Origin: an uncultured Burkholderiales bacterium
GTDB lineage: Bacteria; Bacteroidota; Bacteroidia; UBA8524
Direction of reading: 5' to 3'
Length of the DNA stretch: 64,000 nt
NCBI GenBank assembly: GCA_964584305.1
Contig: CAZOZL010000012.1
Location: 2,873-66,872 of the forward strand
Part shown: piece after piece, positions 30,826-40,649 of the stretch
How the letters are laid out: each line of letters starts with the position of its first letter
Numbering within the stretch: the first letter of the stretch is position 1
Translations under genes and position numbers: made by a program
Notes under the pieces: model-generated
Databases searched by the model: none
Told to the model about the DNA's origin: nothing
What the model saw: the letters and a program-made list of their open reading frames with translations, nothing else

Positions 30826-31968
30826 ATGACCTTCTCAGTTAAAAAAAGAATGCGAATAGTTGAAACAACAAATGCTGCAACAAAAAAACAGTTTCTACAA
30901 GCAGGTAAAACGCTATACAAAAACGACCAAAATTGGGTATGCCCACTGGATAATGACATTGAACGTGTTTTTGACCTTAAAGCCAATCAATATTTTGATG
31001 GTGGTGAAGCTATGCGTTGGGTTTTGCTTGATGATAGTAATATACCAATAGGAAGAGTTGCCGCATTTTATACCAAAGAAATGATAGAACATGAGGAGAA
31101 AATAGGCGGTATGGGCTTTTTTGAATGTTGTGAAGATGAAGCAGCAGCAAAAATGTTGATGGATACTGCAAAAAAATGGCTGTTAGAAAAGGGATTTAAA
31201 GGCATGGAGGGTCCTATAAATTTTGGTGAGCGTGATAAATATTGGGGCTTAATGGTTGAAGGATTTAAAAACCCAAGCTACCAAGAAAATTATAACCCAA
31301 AATATTACAAAGCCTTTTTTGAAAACTACGGGTTTAAAAAAACCATAGAGCAAAGCACTAGCGAGTTGATGAAGGGAGAATTTAATTTTGAGCGGTTTAA
31401 TAGGCTGGGAAACAGAGTATTAAAAAATTCAAAATACACTTTTAAGCATTTTGAAAAGAGCAAGTACAAACAGTTTGCAGTTGATTTTACACATATATAC
31501 AACTTAGCTTGGGTACACCATGATGGATTTACCCCCCTTGCTGTGAAACGGGTAGAGAAACTAATGGAAGAGTTTTTACCTATTGTAATGGAAGACATTA
31601 TTTGGTTTGCCTATTCTGGTGGTGAGCCAATAGCATTTTATATAAACTTGATAGATGTGAATCAGATTTTTAAACGACTAAATGGGAAGTTTGGGCTATG
31701 GGAAAAGTTAAAGTTTTATTATCACTTGAAAACTAAACCTGTAAACCGTGTTAGAGGCATAGCCTATGGTATAATACCCAAGTACCACAATTTGGGCTTG
31801 GATACAGCTTTAATTATGAAGCTTTATGATGCGTTAAAAAACCATCCCGAAGTAAGCTATGTTGAAATGGCATGGATTGGCGATTTTAACCCCAAAATGC
31901 ACGGTTTAGTACATTCTTCAGGAGCTAAAAGAACAAAGGTTCACTACACTTATAGGTACGGTTTTTAA
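30826..31968 (+). CDS. conserved hypothetical (GNAT/FemAB-like acyltransferase fold)
   Basis: 380 aa; weak resemblance to a tandem GNAT fold. Confidence 0.3.
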   Translation: MTFSVKKRMRIVETTNAATKKQFLQAGKTLYKNDQNWVCPLDNDIERVFDLKANQYFDGGEAMRWVLLDDSNIPIGRVAAFYTKEMIEHEEKIGGMGFFECCEDEAAAKMLMDTAKKWLLEKGFKGMEGPINFGERDKYWGLMVEGFKNPSYQENYNPKYYKAFFENYGFKKTIEQSTSELMKGEFNFERFNRLGNRVLKNSKYTFKHFEKSKYKQFAVDFTHIYNLAWVHHDGFTPLAVKRVEKLMEEFLPIVMEDIIWFAYSGGEPIAFYINLIDVNQIFKRLNGKFGLWEKLKFYYHLKTKPVNRVRGIAYGIIPKYHNLGLDTALIMKLYDALKNHPEVSYVEMAWIGDFNPKMHGLVHSSGAKRTKVHYTYRYGF

Positions 31969-32017
31969 ATTATTTAGAAAAAGTTAATTCAGGCGTTGTA
32001 TTTTTTTTTCAAAAGGC

Positions 32018-32025
32018 TATATTTG
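32018..32025 (+). promoter_or_regulatory. Bacteroidota sigma-A -7 element TATATTTG, with TTG about 19 nt upstream (31996)
   Basis: TAnnTTTG consensus about 24 nt upstream of the tRNA 5' end. Confidence 0.5.
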
Positions 32026-32048
32026 CAGTCCTTTAAAAAAAGGGACAC

Positions 32049-32122
32049 GACTCCGTAGCTCAGTTGGCTAGAGCACCTCACTTTTAATGAGGGGGTCCTG
32101 GGTTCGAGCCCCAGCGGGGTTA
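32049..32122 (+). tRNA. tRNA-Lys (anticodon UUU)
   Basis: Cloverleaf folded by hand: acceptor GACTCCG/CGGGGTT, D-arm GCTC-AGTTGGCTA-GAGC, anticodon stem CCTCA/TGAGG with loop CTTTTAA, variable loop GGGTC, T-arm CTGGG-TTCGAGC-CCCAG, discriminator A; no encoded CCA. Confidence 0.85.
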
Positions 32123-32131
32123 CTTAAAAAG

Positions 32132-32200
32132 CCACTCAAAATTTTTGGGTGGTTTTTTTTTAACAAAAAAGGCAGGCTAAATCCCTTCTGCCTGCCTTTT
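32132..32200 (+). terminator. two tandem hairpin plus T-run terminators after the tRNA (32132-32161 and 32171-32200)
   Basis: CCACTCAAAA/TTTTGGGTGG followed by T9; GGCAGGC-N12-GCCTGCC followed by TTTT. Confidence 0.6.
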
Positions 32201-32251
32201 AGCAATTATTCATCACATATTAATAACCCAAACAATAGTACTTGTAGGTGT

Positions 32252-32509
32252 TTAGGTTACAATTTCATCAATATACCAGCAAGCAGCATTATCACTTTTG
32301 GTAGCTGCCGCCAAAAACTCGCTTTGGGTAATGGGCAACATCTTTTCAGTTATTTCTAAGGGTGCTGGCAAGCACGATATTACATATCGTATAGGCTCAC
32401 TGCTATTCATTATAATAAATGTACTAAACTTATTGTTTAGCACATAGTATGTGTATATTTTATCTCCGCTTTCTGTGTGTTCTGTTTTTTTATAAAACTG
32501 CAATTCCAT
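32252..32509 (-). CDS. hypothetical small protein
   Basis: 85-aa ORF, no motif recognised. Confidence 0.3.
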   Translation of the reverse strand: MELQFYKKTEHTESGDKIYTYYVLNNKFSTFIIMNSSEPIRYVISCLPAPLEITEKMLPITQSEFLAAATKSDNAACWYIDEIVT

Positions 32510-32604
32510 AGCTATTTTAAATTAGTTGGGGTTAGTTAGTTATCTTAAAAAAAATTATACAATTGCATAGAGAATTTGTATGCCAACAATTTCCCTATTA
32601 GGTA

Positions 32605-32612
32605 TATATTTG
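32605..32612 (+). promoter_or_regulatory. candidate -7 element TATATTTG upstream of the 32682 gene
   Basis: Matches TAnnTTTG; the -33 is imperfect. Confidence 0.3.
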
Positions 32613-32681
32613 CTTGTACCTGCATTCAAAAATGGAAATAATTTTCTGATTTAAGAAATTTATTTTAAAAAATATTAAAAA

Positions 32682-33122
32682 ATGAGTACTTACGGAACAC
32701 GATTAGGTATTATAAAACAAGTTTTGGGGCTTGGTTATAAAAATTTAGTGGAGCGTTTAGATAACATCACCACTGATAGATCTTTACGCAACTATATTGA
32801 TAATAAAACACAAATACCAGGCAATATTATTGCTATGGTTTCTGATGTTTTTCCCGAAGTTAATGTTACATGGTGGCATACAGGCGATGGACAAGTATTG
32901 AAAGGAGGCAAGGTAAGCTACAAGCACAAAAACTTAGAAAATATAGTAAATGAACCCGCCGCACTTTACAATGCTGCCAAAAAAGGAGAGACTGTTACTA
33001 TACCCGCCAGCGAGTTGTTTACTGCCTTGTTTAAAGATATGACAGAAGTGAACAAGCTACTACAAAGTCGTTTAGAGTATTACGAGGTATTTATTAAAAA
33101 TATTGATAAGTATAAAATATAG
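32682..33122 (+). CDS. hypothetical protein with a possible N-terminal HTH
   Basis: 146 aa; N-terminal RLGIIKQVLGLGYKNLVERL is helix-turn-helix-like. Confidence 0.35.
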   Translation: MSTYGTRLGIIKQVLGLGYKNLVERLDNITTDRSLRNYIDNKTQIPGNIIAMVSDVFPEVNVTWWHTGDGQVLKGGKVSYKHKNLENIVNEPAALYNAAKKGETVTIPASELFTALFKDMTEVNKLLQSRLEYYEVFIKNIDKYKI

Positions 33123-33141
33123 CGAAGGGCTATTTTTTTTG
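33119..33141 (+). terminator. intrinsic terminator (ATAGC-GAAGG-GCTAT then T8) overlapping the stop codon
   Basis: Seen directly in the sequence. Confidence 0.6.
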
Positions 33142-33443
33142 ATGGCACACCACATTACAACGTTTTTAAAAATGTATATATAAACAGGCAAGTGTTGATA
33201 CTATTACTTAAACCCGTGGTGCAGTAATAATATAATTTTGAATATTAGCCAGCAAATGCTGTGTAAATAATTTAATACCAGTGTTTTTTAGCTATTGTCT
33301 TTTAGCCTACTACAACGGTCTTAAACTACAAAAAATATTTTGGTAGGCTGATAGCATTAAAATATTTGCGTTTAGCACGCTGCTTGTTTCAATTCCTTTT
33401 TTAAATTTCTTTACTTTGCAACTTAGTTAGAAAAACAACTCCT

Positions 33444-34157
33444 ATGGGAAGAGCTTTTGAATTTAGAAAAGGTAGAAAAATGAAACGTTGGGCGCAAATG
33501 TCTAAAGCGTTTACAAAGTTTGGTAAAGAAATTTCGATGGCAGTAAAGGCAGGCAGTCCTGACCCTGAAAATAATTCTCGCTTGCGGGCAATTATACAAA
33601 ATGCCAAGGGGGTTAATATGCCCAAAGACCGTATAGAGGGAGCAATAAAACGAGCCAGCGACAAAAGTGAAAAAGATTTTGAAGAAACTATATACGAAGG
33701 CTACGCACCCAAAGGGGTGGGTATTTTGATAGAATGCGCTACCGATAATCCTACACGTACTGTTGCTAATATTAGAACATACTTTAATAAAGGAGGGGGA
33801 GAATTGGGCAAAACTGGCTCGTTAGACTTTATGTTTGACAGGGTTGGGATATTTACCATAGCAGCAGAAAATAGAGATATTGAAGAGCTTGAATTGGAAC
33901 TAATAGACGTTGGTTTAGAAGAAATAGAAGCCGATGAAAACGAGTTTATTATCACTACCTCGTTTGCCGATTTTGGGAAAATGCAAAGCGAGTTAGAAAA
34001 TCGGGAAATAAATGTACTAAACGCATCACTACAACGCTTGCCTACCAGCTATGCTAAAGTGAGTGAAGAAGAACGCGAGAAAATTGAAGCTATGATTGAA
34101 AAAATGGAAGATGATGACGATGTGCAAAATGTTTTCCATAATATGGGCAATGGGTAA
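33444..34157 (+). CDS. YebC/PmpR family DNA-binding regulator
   Basis: N-terminal MGRAFEFRKGRKMKRW...KFGKEI is diagnostic of the family. Confidence 0.85.
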   Translation: MGRAFEFRKGRKMKRWAQMSKAFTKFGKEISMAVKAGSPDPENNSRLRAIIQNAKGVNMPKDRIEGAIKRASDKSEKDFEETIYEGYAPKGVGILIECATDNPTRTVANIRTYFNKGGGELGKTGSLDFMFDRVGIFTIAAENRDIEELELELIDVGLEEIEADENEFIITTSFADFGKMQSELENREINVLNASLQRLPTSYAKVSEEEREKIEAMIEKMEDDDDVQNVFHNMGNG

Positions 34158-34239
34158 ACTCTTTCTTTTATCAGGACTGTCTTTTTAGGTAAGTCAGTAA
34201 TCTTCTATTATTTTTTACTAAATCAGTTACTTTTGCCCT

Positions 34240-35601
34240 ATGCCAATGCAATGGGATATTCTTTTATCGACTCGAAGGCTTCATGTTGATAATGTTTCAG
34301 CTACTGAAGACCAAAGCTATGCCCGTAGTGAATTTCAACGAGATTTTGACCGTATCATCTTCTCATCGCCGTTTAGGCGGCTGCAAAATAAAACACAGGT
34401 ATTTCCACTCCCCGGTAGCGTGTTTGTACACAACAGGCTCACACATAGCCTTGAGGTAGCAAGTGTGGGGCGTTCTTTGGGCAATCAATTATCCAATAGT
34501 CTTATTAAAGAAGGTGAAGCCAGCGGAGAGAAGGTGCAAGGCATTGGAAGCATTATTTCAGCCGCTTGTTTGGCGCATGATATGGGTAACCCATCGTTTG
34601 GGCATTCGGGCGAAAAAGCAATATCCTATTATTTTACTGATGGAGACGGACAGCAGTACAAAAATGAAATGAGTGTTTCGCAATGGCTTGACCTTACGAA
34701 TTTTGAAGGAAATGCTAATGCTTTCCGCGTACTCACTCATAGGTTTAAGGGGAAGGGTGCAAGTGGTTTTGCACTTACCTATTCTACTTTAGCTTCAACT
34801 ATTAAATATCCTTTTAACAGTATATATGGTAAATCTAAATCTAATGACGACTATATAAAATATGGTTTCTTTCAAAGTGAAGTCAAAACTTATAAAAAGA
34901 TAGCCTTAGAACTAGGTATTCTAAAACAAGACAATATAAGTAATGATTCTATATACAGTAGATACCCTCTTGTATTTTTAGTAGAGGCTGCTGATGATAT
35001 TTGTTATAATATTATTGACTTAGAGGATGCTCATCGTTTAAGAATTCTATCAACTGAAAAGGTAATTGAATTGTATATGGCATTTTTTGAAAAGGATAAG
35101 AAAAAAGGCATTCTTACTGATTTGGCTGAAATTGAGGATGAAAATGACCAAGTAGCCTATTTACGGGGAAAAAGTATTCACCAGCTTATTATGGCTTGCT
35201 CAAAAGTGTTTTGGGAAAATAGAAAAGCCATTTTAGGCGGAACGTATAATAATAGCTTAACCGATGATATGCCCGCACCTTATTTAGCGGCACTGCAAGC
35301 CATACAAGATATTTCAAAGCGAAAAATATACAATAACCAAACTGTTGCAGAGCTTGAAATAGTTGGCTATCAAGTATTAGGGGGGTTATTGAAGGAATTT
35401 GTTCCAGCGGTACTTTCGGAAAAAAAACCCCACTATCATAAAAAACTATTAGTATTAATGCCGCGCCAGTTCCATACAGATAAAGCAACAAAGTATGATA
35501 AGATACGATCGGTAGTAGATTTTATTTCAGGAATGACAGATTTGTATGCCATAGAAATGTACCGTAAAATTAAAGGGATAGCTATACCCACTATTAAGTA
35601 G
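34240..35601 (+). CDS. dgt: dGTP triphosphohydrolase-like HD-domain protein
   Basis: HNRLTHSLEV and CLAHDMGNPSFGHSGE HD motifs. Confidence 0.8.
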   Translation: MPMQWDILLSTRRLHVDNVSATEDQSYARSEFQRDFDRIIFSSPFRRLQNKTQVFPLPGSVFVHNRLTHSLEVASVGRSLGNQLSNSLIKEGEASGEKVQGIGSIISAACLAHDMGNPSFGHSGEKAISYYFTDGDGQQYKNEMSVSQWLDLTNFEGNANAFRVLTHRFKGKGASGFALTYSTLASTIKYPFNSIYGKSKSNDDYIKYGFFQSEVKTYKKIALELGILKQDNISNDSIYSRYPLVFLVEAADDICYNIIDLEDAHRLRILSTEKVIELYMAFFEKDKKKGILTDLAEIEDENDQVAYLRGKSIHQLIMACSKVFWENRKAILGGTYNNSLTDDMPAPYLAALQAIQDISKRKIYNNQTVAELEIVGYQVLGGLLKEFVPAVLSEKKPHYHKKLLVLMPRQFHTDKATKYDKIRSVVDFISGMTDLYAIEMYRKIKGIAIPTIK

Positions 35602-35688
35602 TTTATTGTTAAATTTTATTTTTTAGTACCAGATAAATTTACTTTCCGTTAACTTAGTAGTATTTATAAGCATTTAACAAGTTTTTTA

Positions 35689-37077
35689 GTGATAATTAAA
35701 CAAGTCATAAAATACATCAGTTTTGTATTCACATTAGTGATTGTGCTGCCTGCTACTGGGCAAGACTTAAAGTTTGATTATAACCTATTAGACAATCCTA
35801 CCACTGATAAACGCCGTTTCGAGAGTTATTTTAAAACCATAAAAACCAAACGAGTTAAACCTAGAAGACAAAAGGCTGCCGCATTGCAAAATGGCTATGC
35901 CAAATATGAGATTAAAAACCCAAAAGTATGGACTAAGCTGAAAGATAAAAATAAGGCTACCCAAATAGAGGTGGTATATACCTTGTACCCCAAAGATTTG
36001 GGATTTTGGCTTACCCCATACCACCAGCTACTTGCTAATAGATTGAAAGCATTGTTTGAGATTGACCCCAACCTAAACAATGTGAATATTAAATATATAA
36101 TGGTTTTGCAAACCGATTGTAATAGCGATAAAGAAGCCCGAAAAATGTGGCACGGCATTTTAATACGCTATCGCCCCATGACCAAAAAAGAGTTGAAAGA
36201 AAGGGAGGCTGAAAATGGTGAAAATGAAAAAGAACTTGTACCTGGTATGCCCAGTGGCTACTCCACCGTGAAGCGTTTTTTGAAAAGCGTAGGCGGAATG
36301 TACGATTCTGTTATTTATAAAGTGCTGAACCGAAATAGACAATGGAAAAACACAATATTGGTGAGTGACTGGACGGGAAGCAACTACCAATACGCAGCAC
36401 AAGGTATAGTGTGGCATATGGAACACTTTAGCGAAAGCAATATTAAATACTTCTCGTTTTTTAATGATGGAAATGCCCTATCAGAGTTTGATAAAAAAGT
36501 AGGGGAAACAGGCGGTTTATACTTTGCCCCAGCATATAAAACCAGAAAGGTAGTTACTGCCTTTAAAACCAGTATGCGAAAGGGCTTAGGCGGCGAAATA
36601 CCCGAAAACGATGTGGAAGCAGTTTTAAAATCGCTTGAAAAATACCCCGATGCTGAACACGCTATATTAGTGGCTGATAATAGCCCTTTTAGAGATTTTG
36701 AATTAGTAGATAAGATAAAAGCACCTGTCCATGTGATATTGCAAGGGGCAGAATGGGGAATAAACCCCCAATACATCAATTTAGCATATTTAACAGGCGG
36801 CTCGTTACATACCTTAAAAAAAGATTATGATGCTGATTTTTTTGCCAAAGGTGATACCTTAATTAATATAGATGGGTACGAGTTTTCATTAAATAAAATC
36901 CATAATTTATACCAGTGTAATAACCGCCGTATTTGCGAGGATTTAGAGGCTACCATTAACCGAAAAGAAGCAGAAATATTGGCTGAACTAAAAACCAAAT
37001 CAGGGTATAGAGGAATGCACAAAGATAAAAAAACAAAAGGCTTTAATAAATTTATACATTGGCTTTTTGGTGGTTAG
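35689..37077 (+). CDS. secreted hypothetical protein with a possible vWA-like domain
   Basis: Signal peptide; ILVSDWTGS (DxSxS-like MIDAS-like) and LVADNSP strands. Confidence 0.3.
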   Translation: MIIKQVIKYISFVFTLVIVLPATGQDLKFDYNLLDNPTTDKRRFESYFKTIKTKRVKPRRQKAAALQNGYAKYEIKNPKVWTKLKDKNKATQIEVVYTLYPKDLGFWLTPYHQLLANRLKALFEIDPNLNNVNIKYIMVLQTDCNSDKEARKMWHGILIRYRPMTKKELKEREAENGENEKELVPGMPSGYSTVKRFLKSVGGMYDSVIYKVLNRNRQWKNTILVSDWTGSNYQYAAQGIVWHMEHFSESNIKYFSFFNDGNALSEFDKKVGETGGLYFAPAYKTRKVVTAFKTSMRKGLGGEIPENDVEAVLKSLEKYPDAEHAILVADNSPFRDFELVDKIKAPVHVILQGAEWGINPQYINLAYLTGGSLHTLKKDYDADFFAKGDTLINIDGYEFSLNKIHNLYQCNNRRICEDLEATINRKEAEILAELKTKSGYRGMHKDKKTKGFNKFIHWLFGG

Positions 37078-37190
37078 TAGTAATGTAATATGGGTTTTTG
37101 TTCGTTTTATTTTTTTATTTGGGCTATTTTCACCAATTTTGAAAAAAAAGCTAACCATCATTTTTTATTAAACTATAAAATAATTTAACT

Positions 37191-38045
37191 ATGAAAAAGA
37201 CCTTAGTCTCACTATCTACTATATTAGCACTATTAACAATACTCTTTGTTACTTCTTGTAATAAAGTGGAGGATGAAGTGCAAAATACAACCACCACTGC
37301 CGAAGATATAACACGTACCGAAGCCTATTTAGCTTCTATTTTTAATATTACCGAAGATGTAGCATCATCAGATGGGCGATTGAGCAAAACAGGTAGCTCT
37401 TTACTACCTGCGGGTGCAAAAATGGAATTTACAGACTCACTGTTTACTGATGGTGATGGTGTTGAATATTCTTTAGATTTTGGACCATTGCCGGGCTTGT
37501 TATCTTTGGATGGGGTAACACGTGCAGGCAAAATTGATGTTAAACAATCAGCACGATATAGTGATATAGGCGCAGTAGTTGAAGTGAATATACCCGAAAG
37601 CAACCAATTTTATGTAAGCACTACTGGCGGTATGACAATGATATCTGGTAAGGCTACTATAACAAGAGTTTCAAAAGAACAATTAAACTTTAAAATAGAA
37701 AACGGTAAAGCAGAAAATGCCACAGACGGTGCTATGACTTTTAACTCAAACAAGGTTATTGTGCAAGAAGAACTGGGCGCAGCAGGTATTGCCGATGATG
37801 TTTTTAAAGCGGTAGGTAGTGGTGATGGTGTAAATACAAAAGGCAAAAACTATACTTGGAACATTTCTGATACAGTAGTTAAGGTAGAAAAACCAAATTG
37901 CTCATTCCCTATACAAGGTATTATTGAATTAACCACTGAAGGAAGTACATATAAAATTGATTTTTCACCTGATGCAAGTGCTTGTGATAAAAAAGTAGTA
38001 ATTACTTTACCCAACGGCACAAAAATCCCTAAAACATTTAATTAA
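37191..38045 (+). CDS. hypothetical lipoprotein
   Basis: Signal peptide plus lipobox VTSCNK. Confidence 0.45.
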   Translation: MKKTLVSLSTILALLTILFVTSCNKVEDEVQNTTTTAEDITRTEAYLASIFNITEDVASSDGRLSKTGSSLLPAGAKMEFTDSLFTDGDGVEYSLDFGPLPGLLSLDGVTRAGKIDVKQSARYSDIGAVVEVNIPESNQFYVSTTGGMTMISGKATITRVSKEQLNFKIENGKAENATDGAMTFNSNKVIVQEELGAAGIADDVFKAVGSGDGVNTKGKNYTWNISDTVVKVEKPNCSFPIQGIIELTTEGSTYKIDFSPDASACDKKVVITLPNGTKIPKTFN

Positions 38046-38068
38046 ATAATAGTATAATCACTATTTTT

Positions 38069-38109
38069 AATACGGCGTTTGCTTTAGCAAACGCCGTATT
38101 TTTATTTTA
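38069..38109 (+). terminator. intrinsic terminator (perfect 14-bp stem AATACGGCGTTTGC/GCAAACGCCGTATT plus T-run)
   Basis: Seen directly in the sequence. Confidence 0.75.
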
Positions 38110-38118
38110 AGCCATTTA

Positions 38119-39210
38119 GTGCAACTTTGCAGCTTGGTGAAAACAGTAGCACAACTAAGAAAATTTTTACTTCCATTCTCGTGGCTATATGCAGGGTTTA
38201 TGTGTGTACGCAACTGGGGGTTTGATAAAAAACTAACCCGCTCCTTTACCTTTAATTTTCCTGTAATAGGGGTAGGCAATCTTAGTACTGGCGGTACGGG
38301 CAAAACACCTCATATCGAGTTTATTATCTCACTATTAAAACATAAATACAAAATAGGTGTAGTAAGCAGAGGCTATGGGCGCAGTACCAAAGGCTTTTTT
38401 ATGGTAAATGAAAACAGCGAAGCAAAAGCCGTAGGCGATGAACCACTGCAAATAAAACTAAACCACCCTGAAACATTTGTAGCCGTGGGCGAGCAACGCA
38501 TAGTAGCCATTCCATCACTATTGCACGAAGCCCCCGAAACACAAGTAGTACTGCTTGATGATGCCTACCAGCACCGCTATGTACAAGCAGGTTTGTATAT
38601 ATTGCTTAGTGATTATAGTGCTATGTTTTATGATGATAATGTGCTGCCTGCGGGTAACTTGCGTGAAGCAAAAGCTGGCTATAAGCGTGCACAAATTATT
38701 GTGGTTACAAAATGCCCGCCCGATATTACTGCTGCTGAAAAGGAGACTATCATAAAAAAAATAAACCCTTTGCCCCATCAACATATAGTATTTAGCTACT
38801 TGCAATATGGCAAACCTTATCACTTTAATGATAGCAGCAAAACACTAAATAAAGTAGAGGATAAAAATGTATTATTTTTTGCTGGAATAGCGAATACCGT
38901 TTCGGTAGAAAAATATTTAGCCAGAGAAACGAAAAAATATAAGGCTATTAAACTGGCAGATCATTATAAATACAACAAACACAACCTTAAAGATTTGGAT
39001 AAGCGTCTTAGTAATTGGGAAGCAGAAAACAAAGTAATGCTAACCACCCAAAAAGATGCTGTGAAACTAAATAGCGAGCAGCTTAAAGAAATTACCAAAA
39101 ATTGGGATTTATACGTGTTGCCAATAGAAATAGGAATGAGCGACAGCGATAAACAAGTATTTGAAACAAGTATTGAAACTTATATACAAAAAGAACTGTC
39201 TAACAATTAA
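38119..39210 (+). CDS. lpxK: tetraacyldisaccharide 4'-kinase
   Basis: VIGVGNLSTGGTGKTP P-loop characteristic of LpxK. Confidence 0.85.
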   Translation: MQLCSLVKTVAQLRKFLLPFSWLYAGFMCVRNWGFDKKLTRSFTFNFPVIGVGNLSTGGTGKTPHIEFIISLLKHKYKIGVVSRGYGRSTKGFFMVNENSEAKAVGDEPLQIKLNHPETFVAVGEQRIVAIPSLLHEAPETQVVLLDDAYQHRYVQAGLYILLSDYSAMFYDDNVLPAGNLREAKAGYKRAQIIVVTKCPPDITAAEKETIIKKINPLPHQHIVFSYLQYGKPYHFNDSSKTLNKVEDKNVLFFAGIANTVSVEKYLARETKKYKAIKLADHYKYNKHNLKDLDKRLSNWEAENKVMLTTQKDAVKLNSEQLKEITKNWDLYVLPIEIGMSDSDKQVFETSIETYIQKELSNN

Positions 39211-39226
39211 AGAACGAGAACAATAA

Positions 39227-40639
39227 ATGAAACTAAGCCGTATTCTGTTTTTTTTAGTGATAAGCCTAATAAGCCTATCAAGTGAAGCACAAAAACCACT
39301 AAAGCATAATGAGTTTAATATGTTTCATCTATCACGGTGGGATGATGATAGCTTGGCAAGCAATGGCATACAAACCTTTAACTCTTGCTGGGGCTGGTAC
39401 GATAGTACAAACAAGCGTGAGTACGCTATATTAGGCTCAATAGATAGTACATACTTTTTTGATGTTACAGACCCTTTCAACCCTGTAAAATGTGATGTAG
39501 AGGCAGGTAGAGGCAGGTTTTCTACGTGGCGTGATTATGATACTTATGGAAAGTATTGCTACGCCGTGCAAGATGCCAGTATAGGGTCGTTACAAATTTT
39601 TGATATGAGTTATTTGCCCGATTCTGTACATAAAGTATATGATAGCGACTCGTTACTATACCGCGCCCATACTATTTTTGTAGAGGGAGACAGGCTGTAT
39701 TGCAATTCTGTTACTACCAACTTTGGTACACGCAGGGCAATGCAAATATTATCGCTCAAAAACCCCGAACGTCCAAAACTGATAGGGGTACTTACACCAC
39801 CCATATTTGGCGGCGCACCTGCTTTTAATTTTTGTCATGATGTTCATGTAAGAAATGATACGGCATATTGCTCTGGTGAAACCTCTGGCGTATATATTTA
39901 CGATGTTAGTAACCCCTCTAATGCTAAACTTTTAGCTACCATAACTGATTATCCTGAAAAGGGCTATAACCATAGCTCGTGGTTAAGCGATGACGGAAAT
40001 ACACTAATATTTGTTGATGAAAATTTTGGCTTAGGCATAAAATCCTACGATATTAGCGATTTTAATAATATCGAATTGCAATCAGTATTCCGCTCAAATG
40101 TTGGGGCGGTGGTACACAATCCTTATATTAAAGGAGATTTTTTATACGTTTCGTATTATGAAGATGGGGTGTATATTTTTGATATTTCAAACCCAAAAAA
40201 GCCTAAACTAACTGCTTTTTTTGACACCTATCCGCAAAATAATGAGGGAGAATATAATGGTTTTTATGGGTGCTGGTCGGTATATCCTTTTTTGCCATCG
40301 GGTATTATTTTGGCTTCAGACCAAAGGAACGGCTTGTTTGTATTAAAATCTGATGTGCTAAACTCTACCAAAGAAGTAGGCATTCAAGATTTTAAAATAT
40401 ATCCCAACCCACTAAGTAGTGATAAGCTACACATCAATATTTTTAACCAAAACGAGAAAAAAGTTACCATTTTAGTAACTAATACTTTGGGGGCAAAGGT
40501 GTATGCTAAACAACATATTATTGAAAACGGAATAAACAATATAGAGATAAAGATGCCATCACATTTAAAGCAAGGCATATATTTTGTTACAATTACGGGT
40601 AGAATTAGCAATATTTGCAAGAAAATTCTAAAACCGTAA
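39227..40639 (+). CDS. LVIVD-repeat beta-propeller protein with T9SS C-terminal sorting domain
   Basis: Repeated LYC.S / LYVSYYEDGVYIFDISNP blocks; C-terminal KIYPNPLSSDKLHINI...GIYFVTI is Por_Secre_tail-like. Confidence 0.6.
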   Translation: MKLSRILFFLVISLISLSSEAQKPLKHNEFNMFHLSRWDDDSLASNGIQTFNSCWGWYDSTNKREYAILGSIDSTYFFDVTDPFNPVKCDVEAGRGRFSTWRDYDTYGKYCYAVQDASIGSLQIFDMSYLPDSVHKVYDSDSLLYRAHTIFVEGDRLYCNSVTTNFGTRRAMQILSLKNPERPKLIGVLTPPIFGGAPAFNFCHDVHVRNDTAYCSGETSGVYIYDVSNPSNAKLLATITDYPEKGYNHSSWLSDDGNTLIFVDENFGLGIKSYDISDFNNIELQSVFRSNVGAVVHNPYIKGDFLYVSYYEDGVYIFDISNPKKPKLTAFFDTYPQNNEGEYNGFYGCWSVYPFLPSGIILASDQRNGLFVLKSDVLNSTKEVGIQDFKIYPNPLSSDKLHINIFNQNEKKVTILVTNTLGAKVYAKQHIIENGINNIEIKMPSHLKQGIYFVTITGRISNICKKILKP

Positions 40640-40649
40640 GCGTTATTGA

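Noticed and set aside
32049-33443. Possible integrated element at tRNA-Lys (small divergent ORFs including an HTH protein)
   Set aside because: No integrase, no direct repeat of the tRNA 3' end that I could see, and the flanks look like ordinary chromosome.
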